Source of the DNA: Acidobacteriaceae bacterium
GTDB taxonomy: Bacteria > Acidobacteriota > Terriglobia > Terriglobales > Acidobacteriaceae
Assembly: GCA_965198645.1 (NCBI GenBank)
Contig: OZ240670.1
Coordinates: forward strand, 1,608,984 to 1,672,983
Length of the DNA: 64,000 nucleotides
Direction: 5' to 3'
The first letter of the stretch is position 1; the number at the start of each line of letters is the position of its first letter. The notes under the pieces are model-generated. The model did no database searches. It saw only the letters and a program-made list of their open reading frames with translations, and was not told the DNA's origin. Positions 48,788 to 57,205 of this stretch are shown here, piece by piece. The position numbers and the translations under genes were made by a program.

Positions 48788-51520
48788 ATGCGTTTACAAG
48801 GCTGTGCAACCAGGTACCCACTATTTTTCGGTTTGAAGAGCCTAGCTGCCTTCCTTCTTTTCACCCTCAGCTGCCTTGCAGCTACCGCTCAGACATCGGG
48901 CACGCTCAGCGACCCCGGCAACCAGCCGATCTCCCCAGACTGCTCTGATCCCTCGCTGGCCGGCTCCGCCCTTTGCTCGGGGCAGCAGCAGGGCGGCGAC
49001 TCGCTCTCAGGGCGCGGCTATGGGGCAAACCTAGGCTCAAGCATGGATGCCGGCTCGCCGAATGGCGACCCCAACGGGAACGGTACGCGCGGCACGATCA
49101 ACAATAGGAGCTACTCCGATGACGGCGGTCTAAACCCGAGCAATCCATCTGCTCGGCAGACGCAATCGCAGGAGCCCCCGGAGCCGCTGAGTGAATTCCA
49201 GAAATTCGTCGCAGGAACCACCGGCCAGGTTCTGCCGATATTTGGCACAAATCTTTTTCAAAGCGCGCCCTCTACCTTCTCACCTCTGAACCAGGGTCCC
49301 GTCACTGCCGATTACCTGCTCGGTCCAGGGGATGAGCTCCGCATCCGGGTCTGGGGGCAGATTAACTTCGACGCTGCGCTGCGCATCGACCGCTCCGGCA
49401 ATATCTACCTGCCGCAGGTGGGGGCAGTGCATGTGGCCGGCCTGCCCTATGCCTCGGTGCAGGAGCATGTCCGCTCCGAGGTGGCAAGGGTCTTCCGCAA
49501 CTTCGATCTGACAGTCGACCTGGGCCAGCTTCGCTCGATCCAGGTCTTTGTGGTGGGCCAGGTACGCCGGCCTGGCAGCTACACGATCAGCTCTCTCAGC
49601 ACCCTGATCAACGCGCTCTTCGCCTCCGGTGGACCGACCGCGCAAGGCTCGCTTCGGCACGTCCAGCTCAAGCGCCAGGGCCAGGTGGTGGCTCGGTTTG
49701 ACTTCTACGACCTGCTTCTTCGTGGCGACAAGTCGAATGACGTAGCACTGCTGCCTGGAGACGTCATCTTTGTTCCGACGGTAGGCGCGCAGGTTGCGCT
49801 CACCGGCAGTGTCCGCCATCCGGCGATCTACGAGTTGGCCGAGCAGAACACGCTTGGCCAGCTCCTGAGTGACGCCGGAGGCGCGTCGCCGCTGGCCGCG
49901 ACCTCGCGCATTTCGGTGGAGCGGATCGAAGGCAACGCCGGGCGTACGACGATGGAGGTGGGCTTTGATCAGGCCGGGCTCGCAACGCAGCTCCGCGATG
50001 GCGATCTTCTCCGCGTTCTCTCGGCGGTGCCTTCCTACGAGAAGACCATCACGCTGCGGGGCAATACTGCCAACCCTGGCCGCTTCGCCTGGCACCCGGG
50101 TATGCGCCTGAGCGAACTGATCCCCGATCGCGCTTCGCTGCTGACCAGAAACTATTGGTGGCAGCGGACACGGCTTGGGTTCTCAGGTCCGGAGTTCGAG
50201 CCCGATGTCACCGGGCCCATCCAGACCCAGCCCCGGTACTCAGTCAACCTTCAAAGCTACCCCTGCCGCCCCCGTAACCCCTCGACGAGCGGCACGCAAG
50301 AGGAGGAAGCTCGCGGCCAGGACGCCTCTGACGCACCCTGCACCGCCTATGAGCGCTACAACCCGAACCAGCTGCCTTACCAATACCGTTATCCCGATAC
50401 CTCGCCCCTCTCCGCGCAGGCAATGACCGGAACGACTGCGTCTGCTGAGGAGCAGGCGCGCTCTCGTTTTACAGGTTCCACCAGCTCGCTTGCCAGCCAG
50501 CAGCAGCCCGGCAGTTCTCAGTCTGGTGGAGGCTCGCGTGCCCCACGGACCAACGTCCAGCTCTCCGCGCCTGAGATCGACTGGAACTACGCTGTGATCG
50601 AGCGTATGGATCCGCAAACCCTCAAGACATCGCTGATCCCCTTCAATCTTGGCCGGCTCGTCATGGGACACGACCCGACCCAGGACCTTGAACTCCAGGC
50701 CAATGACGTGGTCAGCGTCTTCTCCCAGGCGGACATCCGCGTTCCCATTGCTGAGCAGACAAAACTTGTCCGGCTGGAAGGTGAGTTTGCCGGTGCAGGT
50801 ATCTATAGCGTCAAGCCGGGCGAGACGCTGCGGCAGCTGGTGCGTCGCGCCGGCGGGATCACGCCGGAGGCTTATCTCTATGGTTCCGAGTTCACCCGCG
50901 AGTCCACCCGCGTGCTCCAGCAGGCACGCATCCAGGAGTACGTTCGCTCGCTCGAGCTCGAGATCAGCCGCGGCGGCGTCCAGCAGGCTTCCGCCGCGAC
51001 CAGCTCAGCACAGGACTTGCAAGGGGCCAACGCCGCCGCGGCCAGCGAGCAGGAGCTGATCCGGCGACTCGATGAGATTCGGGCGACAGGACGCATAGTT
51101 TTTGATATTCCCCCTGATGCCTTCGGCATGGATGTTTTGCCTGATCTGTCGCTGGAAGATGGCGACCGGTTTGTGCTCCCCAGCCGTCCATCCACGATCA
51201 ACGTGATTGGTGCGGTGTACGACCAGAACTCCTTTCTCTTCCAGCCCGGACACATGGTCCGCGACTACCTGCGACAGGCAGGTGGTCCGAATCGTGACGC
51301 GGACCGTGGACGAGCTTTCGTCATTCATGCCGATGGTTCGGTGCTGAGCCGGCAGTCGCATCGGCAGGGAGATTTCAATACGGCGCGTCTTCACCCCGGG
51401 GATACCATTGTGATTCCTGAAAAGACCTTTAGGCCGAGCAACCTGCGCGCGCTGATAGCCTACACGCAACTGTTCTCGCAGCTGGCAATAGGAGCAGCCG
51501 CGATCAGCATCCTCCAATAG
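48788..51520 (+). CDS. large outer-membrane polysaccharide export protein (OPX; Poly_export plus multiple SLBB repeats), 911 aa
   Basis: Signal peptide ...FLLFTLSCLAATAQ. Poly_export block YLLGPGDELRIRVWGQINF...DRSGNIYLPQVGAVHVAGL. GD-I/V-hydrophobic-VP SLBB-like endings recur. ATG at 48788. Confidence 0.8.
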   Translation: MRLQGCATRYPLFFGLKSLAAFLLFTLSCLAATAQTSGTLSDPGNQPISPDCSDPSLAGSALCSGQQQGGDSLSGRGYGANLGSSMDAGSPNGDPNGNGTRGTINNRSYSDDGGLNPSNPSARQTQSQEPPEPLSEFQKFVAGTTGQVLPIFGTNLFQSAPSTFSPLNQGPVTADYLLGPGDELRIRVWGQINFDAALRIDRSGNIYLPQVGAVHVAGLPYASVQEHVRSEVARVFRNFDLTVDLGQLRSIQVFVVGQVRRPGSYTISSLSTLINALFASGGPTAQGSLRHVQLKRQGQVVARFDFYDLLLRGDKSNDVALLPGDVIFVPTVGAQVALTGSVRHPAIYELAEQNTLGQLLSDAGGASPLAATSRISVERIEGNAGRTTMEVGFDQAGLATQLRDGDLLRVLSAVPSYEKTITLRGNTANPGRFAWHPGMRLSELIPDRASLLTRNYWWQRTRLGFSGPEFEPDVTGPIQTQPRYSVNLQSYPCRPRNPSTSGTQEEEARGQDASDAPCTAYERYNPNQLPYQYRYPDTSPLSAQAMTGTTASAEEQARSRFTGSTSSLASQQQPGSSQSGGGSRAPRTNVQLSAPEIDWNYAVIERMDPQTLKTSLIPFNLGRLVMGHDPTQDLELQANDVVSVFSQADIRVPIAEQTKLVRLEGEFAGAGIYSVKPGETLRQLVRRAGGITPEAYLYGSEFTRESTRVLQQARIQEYVRSLELEISRGGVQQASAATSSAQDLQGANAAAASEQELIRRLDEIRATGRIVFDIPPDAFGMDVLPDLSLEDGDRFVLPSRPSTINVIGAVYDQNSFLFQPGHMVRDYLRQAGGPNRDADRGRAFVIHADGSVLSRQSHRQGDFNTARLHPGDTIVIPEKTFRPSNLRALIAYTQLFSQLAIGAAAISILQ

Positions 51521-51828
51521 AATGGGACTTACTGTGCCGCTCTGCCGCAGCCGTCGCATGCAACGTCAGCTCATTGCCTGGCGGAGTCGGGGGCCGCAGA
51601 AAGTTGACGACATTCCTATCTTTCGTGGGTTTCTACCTGGAAGGGTGGGTGGATTGAAGGTCTTGACAGCATAGCGGGGAGATTGGTAATGCTTGTTTTA
51701 AGAGGGGGGTATGAAGGTCCTACAGTTAGGTAACCTTTGGGTGCTGTTGTCTTTCATCGCTGCAACCTATACTCATGCTTCACTCGTAGCCGCACCACAT
51801 CTCACTAACCGTACATGGTGAAATCCTT

Positions 51829-52686
51829 TTGGCCTTTTCTACCTGGGACAAGCATAACGAACGCAAGTTGATGGACTTACCACTCCCTCCAGCGTTCGGT
51901 CACTCGCAGGACCAGGTTCTGCCGGAACCGAGCATAGCACCAGGCTTGCCGCCCGTGGCCAGCGCTGGAACCTCCGTCGGACTGCTTGAAGCGGCGGAAG
52001 ACAGTGGTGTGCAGACCTTCTCCGCTCAGTCGATTCCGAATCACTTCCCGCATCATCTGCCCACGCAGACTCAACACTATCGGGTCGCCAAGAGGGCCTT
52101 TGACATCGTGGTTTCGCTGTTGCTGCTGCCGTTGCTCGGAGTGATGCTGCTGGTCATCGCTGTAGTTGTCGCGCTCACCACCGGTATGCCGGTGTTCTAC
52201 CGGCAGCATCGCTTAGGCCAGTACGGAAAGACCTTTCGGATCTTTAAGTTTCGTACTATGCGCAACAACGCAGACCAAGCGCTTGACGAATTTTTTCTAC
52301 ACCACCCCGAGCGTCGCCTTGAGTGGCAGCAAACACAGAAGATGAAAGAGGACCCGCGAATCACCAAGCTTGGCCGCTTCCTTCGCGACACCAGCCTGGA
52401 TGAACTTCCGCAGATCATCAATGTTCTTCGCGGCGAGATGAGCCTGGTGGGGCCACGGCCTATCGTCCAGGCCGAGCGAGCCAAGTATGCTGAGCGGTTT
52501 GCCTATTACACAGCTGCTGTCCCCGGTGTGACCGGCATCTGGCAGGTCTCAGGCCGCTGCAATGTTTCCTACCAGGATCGCGTGCTGATGGATGAGGACT
52601 ATGTGCGCAACTGGTCTTTGAAGCGGGACATCCTCATCCTGCTTCGGACACCGCGCTCTGTGCTTCGCAGAGATGGCGCCTGCTAG
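51829..52686 (+). CDS. small-type polyprenyl-phosphate sugar-phosphate transferase (Bac_transf)
   Basis: One TM segment (VVSLLLLPLLGVMLLVIAVVVAL), then KFRTM and DELPQIINVLRGEMSLVGPRP. The start is uncertain: TTG at 51829 or ATG at 51871. Confidence 0.85.
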   Translation: MAFSTWDKHNERKLMDLPLPPAFGHSQDQVLPEPSIAPGLPPVASAGTSVGLLEAAEDSGVQTFSAQSIPNHFPHHLPTQTQHYRVAKRAFDIVVSLLLLPLLGVMLLVIAVVVALTTGMPVFYRQHRLGQYGKTFRIFKFRTMRNNADQALDEFFLHHPERRLEWQQTQKMKEDPRITKLGRFLRDTSLDELPQIINVLRGEMSLVGPRPIVQAERAKYAERFAYYTAAVPGVTGIWQVSGRCNVSYQDRVLMDEDYVRNWSLKRDILILLRTPRSVLRRDGAC

Positions 52687-53783
52687 CTGAGTTTGGGAGC
52701 AGTTTCCTGTGCCTGAGCAGAGGGACTGGCTTCAAGACGAGAAGAGCTGCTGTGACGCGCCGCGTAGAGGGCTCCTGCAAGAACGCCAGTAAGTTGCGCA
52801 CAAGCGCGCGCAGCAAGCAGCACCGGCGACAGGAAGCCTACCACTGGATCTTTCGCAGCCGCCCTGGCTGCGAATGGCAGTGTGCTGCAGAGAAACGCTC
52901 CGAGCACAATGGATGTGGCTGGCAGGCGCGGCTTGGCAACCACGTCGATCGCGACGGCTACAAGCAGGGCTGGCGCGAGCAGCAACTGTGCCTTCATAAG
53001 CTGCGGTGTGTGGCTGTCTTTCACAGCCTTGCCCGGGTTCTTGCGAACGGCCAACACTCTCCAGAAGGCGAACTTGTACTTCTTTTTTAGATACTTGTAA
53101 AAAGTGTCTGGATGCGTGTGGAAGACGACAGCATCCGGAACGAACTTCATCGTCCATCCCCGAGTCGACATCCTGTAGGAGAGCTCGACATCTTCCGCGC
53201 AAGCCACAGGGAACGAGCTGTCATAGCCGCCCATCTCGAGAAAGCGATCGCGAAGGAAGGCAGCGGAGTACGTATCGATGAAATCGATGCTCGGAAGGGA
53301 AGCCATCAACCGGTACTTGTCCTCATACTCCACCTGCACAAAGCGGGCGACGAGGCTTCGCTGGCTCGTGCGGTAGACGCCCTTGGCTCCGACCACGTGC
53401 GGATCGAGGAAAGATTCGAGCATAGCTTGGAGCCATGTCGATTCGGGCACGCAGTCGTCATCGGTGAAGAGCAGGATTTGCCCGCGAGCTTCCATCGCTC
53501 CCCGGTTGCGGGCAGCGGCTGGTCCAGAGTTGGGTTGTTCGATCAGGCGCAGCTGCGGTGCGTGGGCCGCTATCTGAGAGACGATGCGTGCCGTTTCATC
53601 TGTCGACCCGTCGCTCACCACCACGATCTCCGCGGCACGCGATGCGGTCTGTTCGAGGAGAGCGTGCAGGCACCTCGCTATCCGCGAGGCGCCGTTGTAG
53701 GTGGGAATGACAATCGAAAGAGATCTGGCCGCGATGGAACGCTCCGAATTTGCGAGCCCTGCGTGTCTGTAACCGTCGTGCAT
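52683..53783 (-). CDS. glycosyltransferase family 2 with C-terminal membrane segments
   Basis: SIVIPTYNG, VVSDGSTDET and the DxD motif LFTDDDC, followed by a C-terminal ~100 aa that is hydrophobic. The 3' end overlaps the convergent transferase gene by 4 nt. Confidence 0.85.
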   Translation of the reverse strand: MHDGYRHAGLANSERSIAARSLSIVIPTYNGASRIARCLHALLEQTASRAAEIVVVSDGSTDETARIVSQIAAHAPQLRLIEQPNSGPAAARNRGAMEARGQILLFTDDDCVPESTWLQAMLESFLDPHVVGAKGVYRTSQRSLVARFVQVEYEDKYRLMASLPSIDFIDTYSAAFLRDRFLEMGGYDSSFPVACAEDVELSYRMSTRGWTMKFVPDAVVFHTHPDTFYKYLKKKYKFAFWRVLAVRKNPGKAVKDSHTPQLMKAQLLLAPALLVAVAIDVVAKPRLPATSIVLGAFLCSTLPFAARAAAKDPVVGFLSPVLLAARACAQLTGVLAGALYAARHSSSSRLEASPSAQAQETAPKLS

Positions 53784-53798
53784 GCGTGCGTGATCCTG

Positions 53799-55325
53799 CT
53801 ACGCGGTGACCGCGTCGCGCTTGGCCGGCGTCTCCGTCTTGGAGTGATCGCTGCCCTTGATCAGGTACTTCGAAAGAGTCAGGAAGCCCTTCACGTTGCG
53901 CTGTAACTCTCGCCGGTCGGTGAGCGACTGCTTCAGCTTGTAAGCCAGGTAGCGCGGGGCAAGATAAAAGCTGCGCCGGGCACGATCGCAAAAGCTGACC
54001 AGCTCCTCATGGGTGATATTCGGCAGGTTCACGACGCTGTTGTGCAGGCCATCCTTGGTCAGCCACGCGCCCCAGTCTTCGATCTGGATGTAGTCGCGCT
54101 TCTTGGCTTCGGCATAGGCGGCCGTGCCCGGGTAGACCATGATAGGGAAGAACTGTGCCGTATCCGGACGCAGCGCCTTCGCGAATCCGAGCGTCTTCTC
54201 CATGCTGGCGGGCGTCTCGTTCAGGTTGCCGACCATGAAGCAGCCATGCACCATAATGCCGGCATCCTGGCAGCGGCGAACGAACTTGTGCGCCTCTTCG
54301 TGATATTTGGCATCGCGGCGATCATCGTTATTCTTCTTCATGCCGTTGATCACTTCGACGTCGCCGCTCTCGAAGCCTACGCAGAACAGGCGCGCACCCG
54401 CTTTGTTCAGCGTCTTGAGCAGCTCACCCTCGGCGCCGATGTCGGCTCGGCAGTTCGCATCAAATGGCAACTTGTTGCCGCGCCGGATCAACTCATTAGC
54501 CAGCTCGAGCGTGCGCGGCTTGCTGACGATGAATGTATCGTCCTCAAGCATGACGGTCTTGATCTCCGGCATCTCTTTCGCGACATATTCAAACTCGTCG
54601 GCAACATTGGCAACCGAGCGGTAACGCATGGTGTGCCCACTGAAGGTCTGCGGGTAGACGCAGAAGGAGCAGTGATACGGGCAGCCGCGGCTGGTATCAA
54701 AGACGACGAGCGGCCAGAGCGAGTGCCCGTAGAAATAGTCAGGCGTGTGCAGGTAACGCTTATAGACCTCGGAGACAAAGGGAAGCTCATCGAGGTTCTT
54801 GATCGCGTCTCGCTGCTTGTTGGAGACGATCTCCTTGTCAGAAGCGCGACGGTAGACCAGGCCATCGACGGAGGCCAGATCCGCACCGCAGGCCTTTGCC
54901 TCAAGCCAGTCGCGCACCGTGTACTCGTACTCGCGGATCGCTACCGCTTCAAGCGCGGTCGACATGGCGAGGGTCTCGCGGGGCAGCGAGGAGACGTGGC
55001 GGCCCACCATCAATGTGTGCAGCGATGGGCGAGCAGCGACCAGCGCTTCGATGACCGAAATGTCATTGATAATGCTCGGTGTTGAGGTATCGCATACCAC
55101 TGCGTCGATGTTCTTCGCGCTGATGCGATCGATGACAGCCTGCACCGAAAAGCCGCCCGCGGGTGCGTCGACCAGATCCACTTCGTGCCCATTCTTGATC
55201 GCGACTCCGGCGGCAGTCGCCAGCCACTTGGGATAGTAGAGCGTTCCGCTTTTTGTAACAGCGGGGCTACGTTGTTCGCGCGAGAATCTGGGGTGAAACG
55301 GTGGATTCAAGAACAGCACACGCAT
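53799..55325 (-). CDS. B12-binding-domain radical SAM enzyme (class B)
   Basis: The N-terminal Rossmann-like B12 domain begins MRVLFLNPP and includes DAVVCDTSTPS. The CxxxCxxC motif is SRGCPYHCSFCVYP. It lies 15 nt upstream of the GT2 gene. ATG at 55325; the ORF opens at 55352. Confidence 0.85.
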   Translation of the reverse strand: MRVLFLNPPFHPRFSREQRSPAVTKSGTLYYPKWLATAAGVAIKNGHEVDLVDAPAGGFSVQAVIDRISAKNIDAVVCDTSTPSIINDISVIEALVAARPSLHTLMVGRHVSSLPRETLAMSTALEAVAIREYEYTVRDWLEAKACGADLASVDGLVYRRASDKEIVSNKQRDAIKNLDELPFVSEVYKRYLHTPDYFYGHSLWPLVVFDTSRGCPYHCSFCVYPQTFSGHTMRYRSVANVADEFEYVAKEMPEIKTVMLEDDTFIVSKPRTLELANELIRRGNKLPFDANCRADIGAEGELLKTLNKAGARLFCVGFESGDVEVINGMKKNNDDRRDAKYHEEAHKFVRRCQDAGIMVHGCFMVGNLNETPASMEKTLGFAKALRPDTAQFFPIMVYPGTAAYAEAKKRDYIQIEDWGAWLTKDGLHNSVVNLPNITHEELVSFCDRARRSFYLAPRYLAYKLKQSLTDRRELQRNVKGFLTLSKYLIKGSDHSKTETPAKRDAVTA

Positions 55326-55578
55326 TCGGTGGGGCCTCCAACGCCTGATCAAGCCACTGTATTCTTACTGCAACTCCATACTACCCTGCGCCAGGACATC
55401 CTTGTCTGCCTTCTCCGGCCATTAGCCCATAAGGCGTGGTGACTGGTAAAGGGTTACTCCAGTACTAGTGGCGCCCGGAGGCGCCGCTTCTCTCGCCGGC
55501 CACGGGGATGAGCCCCCAAATGAGAAGGAGCGGAAAGGCTTTCCTTCTCCTGAACAGCTAGCCGACCAGCGCAGGCGT

Positions 55579-56928
55579 TCAGCCCAACTTCATCTCTTCC
55601 GGATCCCAGTGCACGATCGAGCCGCGCTCCAGGCTCAGATTGCTCAGCAGGGCTGCGCCGGCCGCTCGAAAGCCAAAGACGGCGTCCTCAACCGCCGGTG
55701 TACGTGAGCGCACTGAGCCAAAGAAGTGAGCAAAGTGATCCACGCTATCGCTGTAACCCGGTGGCGCATCGTAACGTTGCTGTGCAACTGCAGTTTCTTC
55801 CGCCGCGGGCTTCACCGGGTACTTCTCGTGGTACGCCTCGACTGTGCGCTTCTGCATCGCGTCGGCAAAGGTGCCGACCGTGTAACCCGGCTGCTTCTCA
55901 CGCGGGGTCCGGCTCACGCTGACCGTATTGCCCGCAATCTCCATCGTGCCTTCTGAGCCGGTAAAGATCAGCCCTTCGCTCTCCTCGCCGCCGTCGACAA
56001 AGTTTACCCGCAGGCTCAGGTTGAAGTTGGGGTAGTCAAAGAGCGCCAGCAAGACATCGGGCACATCGCGTCCATCCTTCCAGTAGCGCAGTGCGCCTGT
56101 GGCCATCGCGCGTGTCGGGCCGAGCGCTCCAGTCACAAAGTGCGTCCCGCTAAAGAGATGCACGAAGAGGTCGCCTGCCACTCCCGACCCATAATCCTTC
56201 CACTTGCGCCACTGAAAAAATCGCTCAGCGTTGAAGGGCATTTGGGGCGCGGTGCCGAGAAAACGCGGCCAGTCGCAGGTCTGGGTGCTCGCATCCACCG
56301 GCACCGTGTAGTTCCATGCTCCTAAGGAGGAGTTGCGATCCCACCGCGCTGTCACCAGGTTGAGCTGCCCGATGGCTCCGCTTGCGAGCAAGGCTTTTGC
56401 CTTGGCGTAGACGATGTTGCTGACCCGCTGGCTGCCCACCTGCAGGATGCGGCCCGTCGCGCGTGAGGCCTCAATCATCTCCGGCCCATCGGCGTAGAGG
56501 TGGATCATCGGCTTCTCACAGTACACATCCTTGCCGGAGCGCATGGCGTCGATCGAGGCTTGCTTGTGCCAGTGATCAGGAGTCGCGACGATGACCGCGT
56601 CTATGTCCTTGCGAGCCAGGATCTCGCGGTAGTCACGGGTCGTCATCAGGTCTGCGCCCCAAAGCTCCCTGCTATGGTCCAGGCGCCCCTGGTAGCAGTC
56701 TGCGACAGCGACGAGTTTGACGCCTGGTACCTGCAGGGCCGACTTGGTATCAAACTGGCCCTGTCCGCCGGCGCCGATCAGCGCAATCTGCAGATGATCG
56801 TTCTTTGCGATTGGCCGCACCGGCTCAGCAGGGCTTTCACCCAGCAGAGGCAGCGTGCGTCCAGCAACTGTCGCCGCCGTGGTTACGCTTGCCGCCTGCA
56901 GAAAACTCCTCCGGTTCCATTCACGCAT
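55579..56928 (-). CDS. Tat-exported Gfo/Idh/MocA-family oxidoreductase
   Basis: Twin-arginine signal MREWNRRSFLQAASVTTAA. Rossmann motif IALIGAGGQG. Has the usual Gfo/Idh/MocA C-terminal domain. Confidence 0.85.
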   Translation of the reverse strand: MREWNRRSFLQAASVTTAATVAGRTLPLLGESPAEPVRPIAKNDHLQIALIGAGGQGQFDTKSALQVPGVKLVAVADCYQGRLDHSRELWGADLMTTRDYREILARKDIDAVIVATPDHWHKQASIDAMRSGKDVYCEKPMIHLYADGPEMIEASRATGRILQVGSQRVSNIVYAKAKALLASGAIGQLNLVTARWDRNSSLGAWNYTVPVDASTQTCDWPRFLGTAPQMPFNAERFFQWRKWKDYGSGVAGDLFVHLFSGTHFVTGALGPTRAMATGALRYWKDGRDVPDVLLALFDYPNFNLSLRVNFVDGGEESEGLIFTGSEGTMEIAGNTVSVSRTPREKQPGYTVGTFADAMQKRTVEAYHEKYPVKPAAEETAVAQQRYDAPPGYSDSVDHFAHFFGSVRSRTPAVEDAVFGFRAAGAALLSNLSLERGSIVHWDPEEMKLG

Positions 56929-57205
56929 ACGTCTTCCTTTTGCCTGGTCAAGGCCTTACGCTGCTACTTCTACACAGCCGGTCTCCGCGTCTGACGAGCC
57001 CTTCAAGCTGGGCCGGCTCAACTTGCTGCTACCCGCTTGGTGAGAGTGTCCGCTGTGGTCGCTCCCCTTGGCCAACATCATCCTCTGCAGGCCTGGTCAC
57101 GCATCAGCTAGGTCGCCGTGGAGCGAGTGCGGTTCACACACGCGTCGTTCCAATTTACCCGTACGACCAGCACCCTTGGCAAATCGCGCGAGCGACGCGG
57201 CCGGC

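Noticed and set aside
52683-55325. Outright annotation of the GT2 and radical SAM genes as hopanoid HpnI and HpnJ.
   Set aside because: The resemblance rests only on architecture and a remembered N-terminal pattern. The GT2 lacks the HpnI-like N-terminal TM arrangement, and no shc/hpn genes are in the window. It is left as a hypothesis to test.
55326-55578. Possible cobalamin riboswitch upstream of the B12-dependent radical SAM gene. The string AAGCCACTGT resembles part of the B12 element core.
   Set aside because: The match is on the plus strand whereas the gene is on the minus strand, and the other conserved riboswitch elements are not evident.
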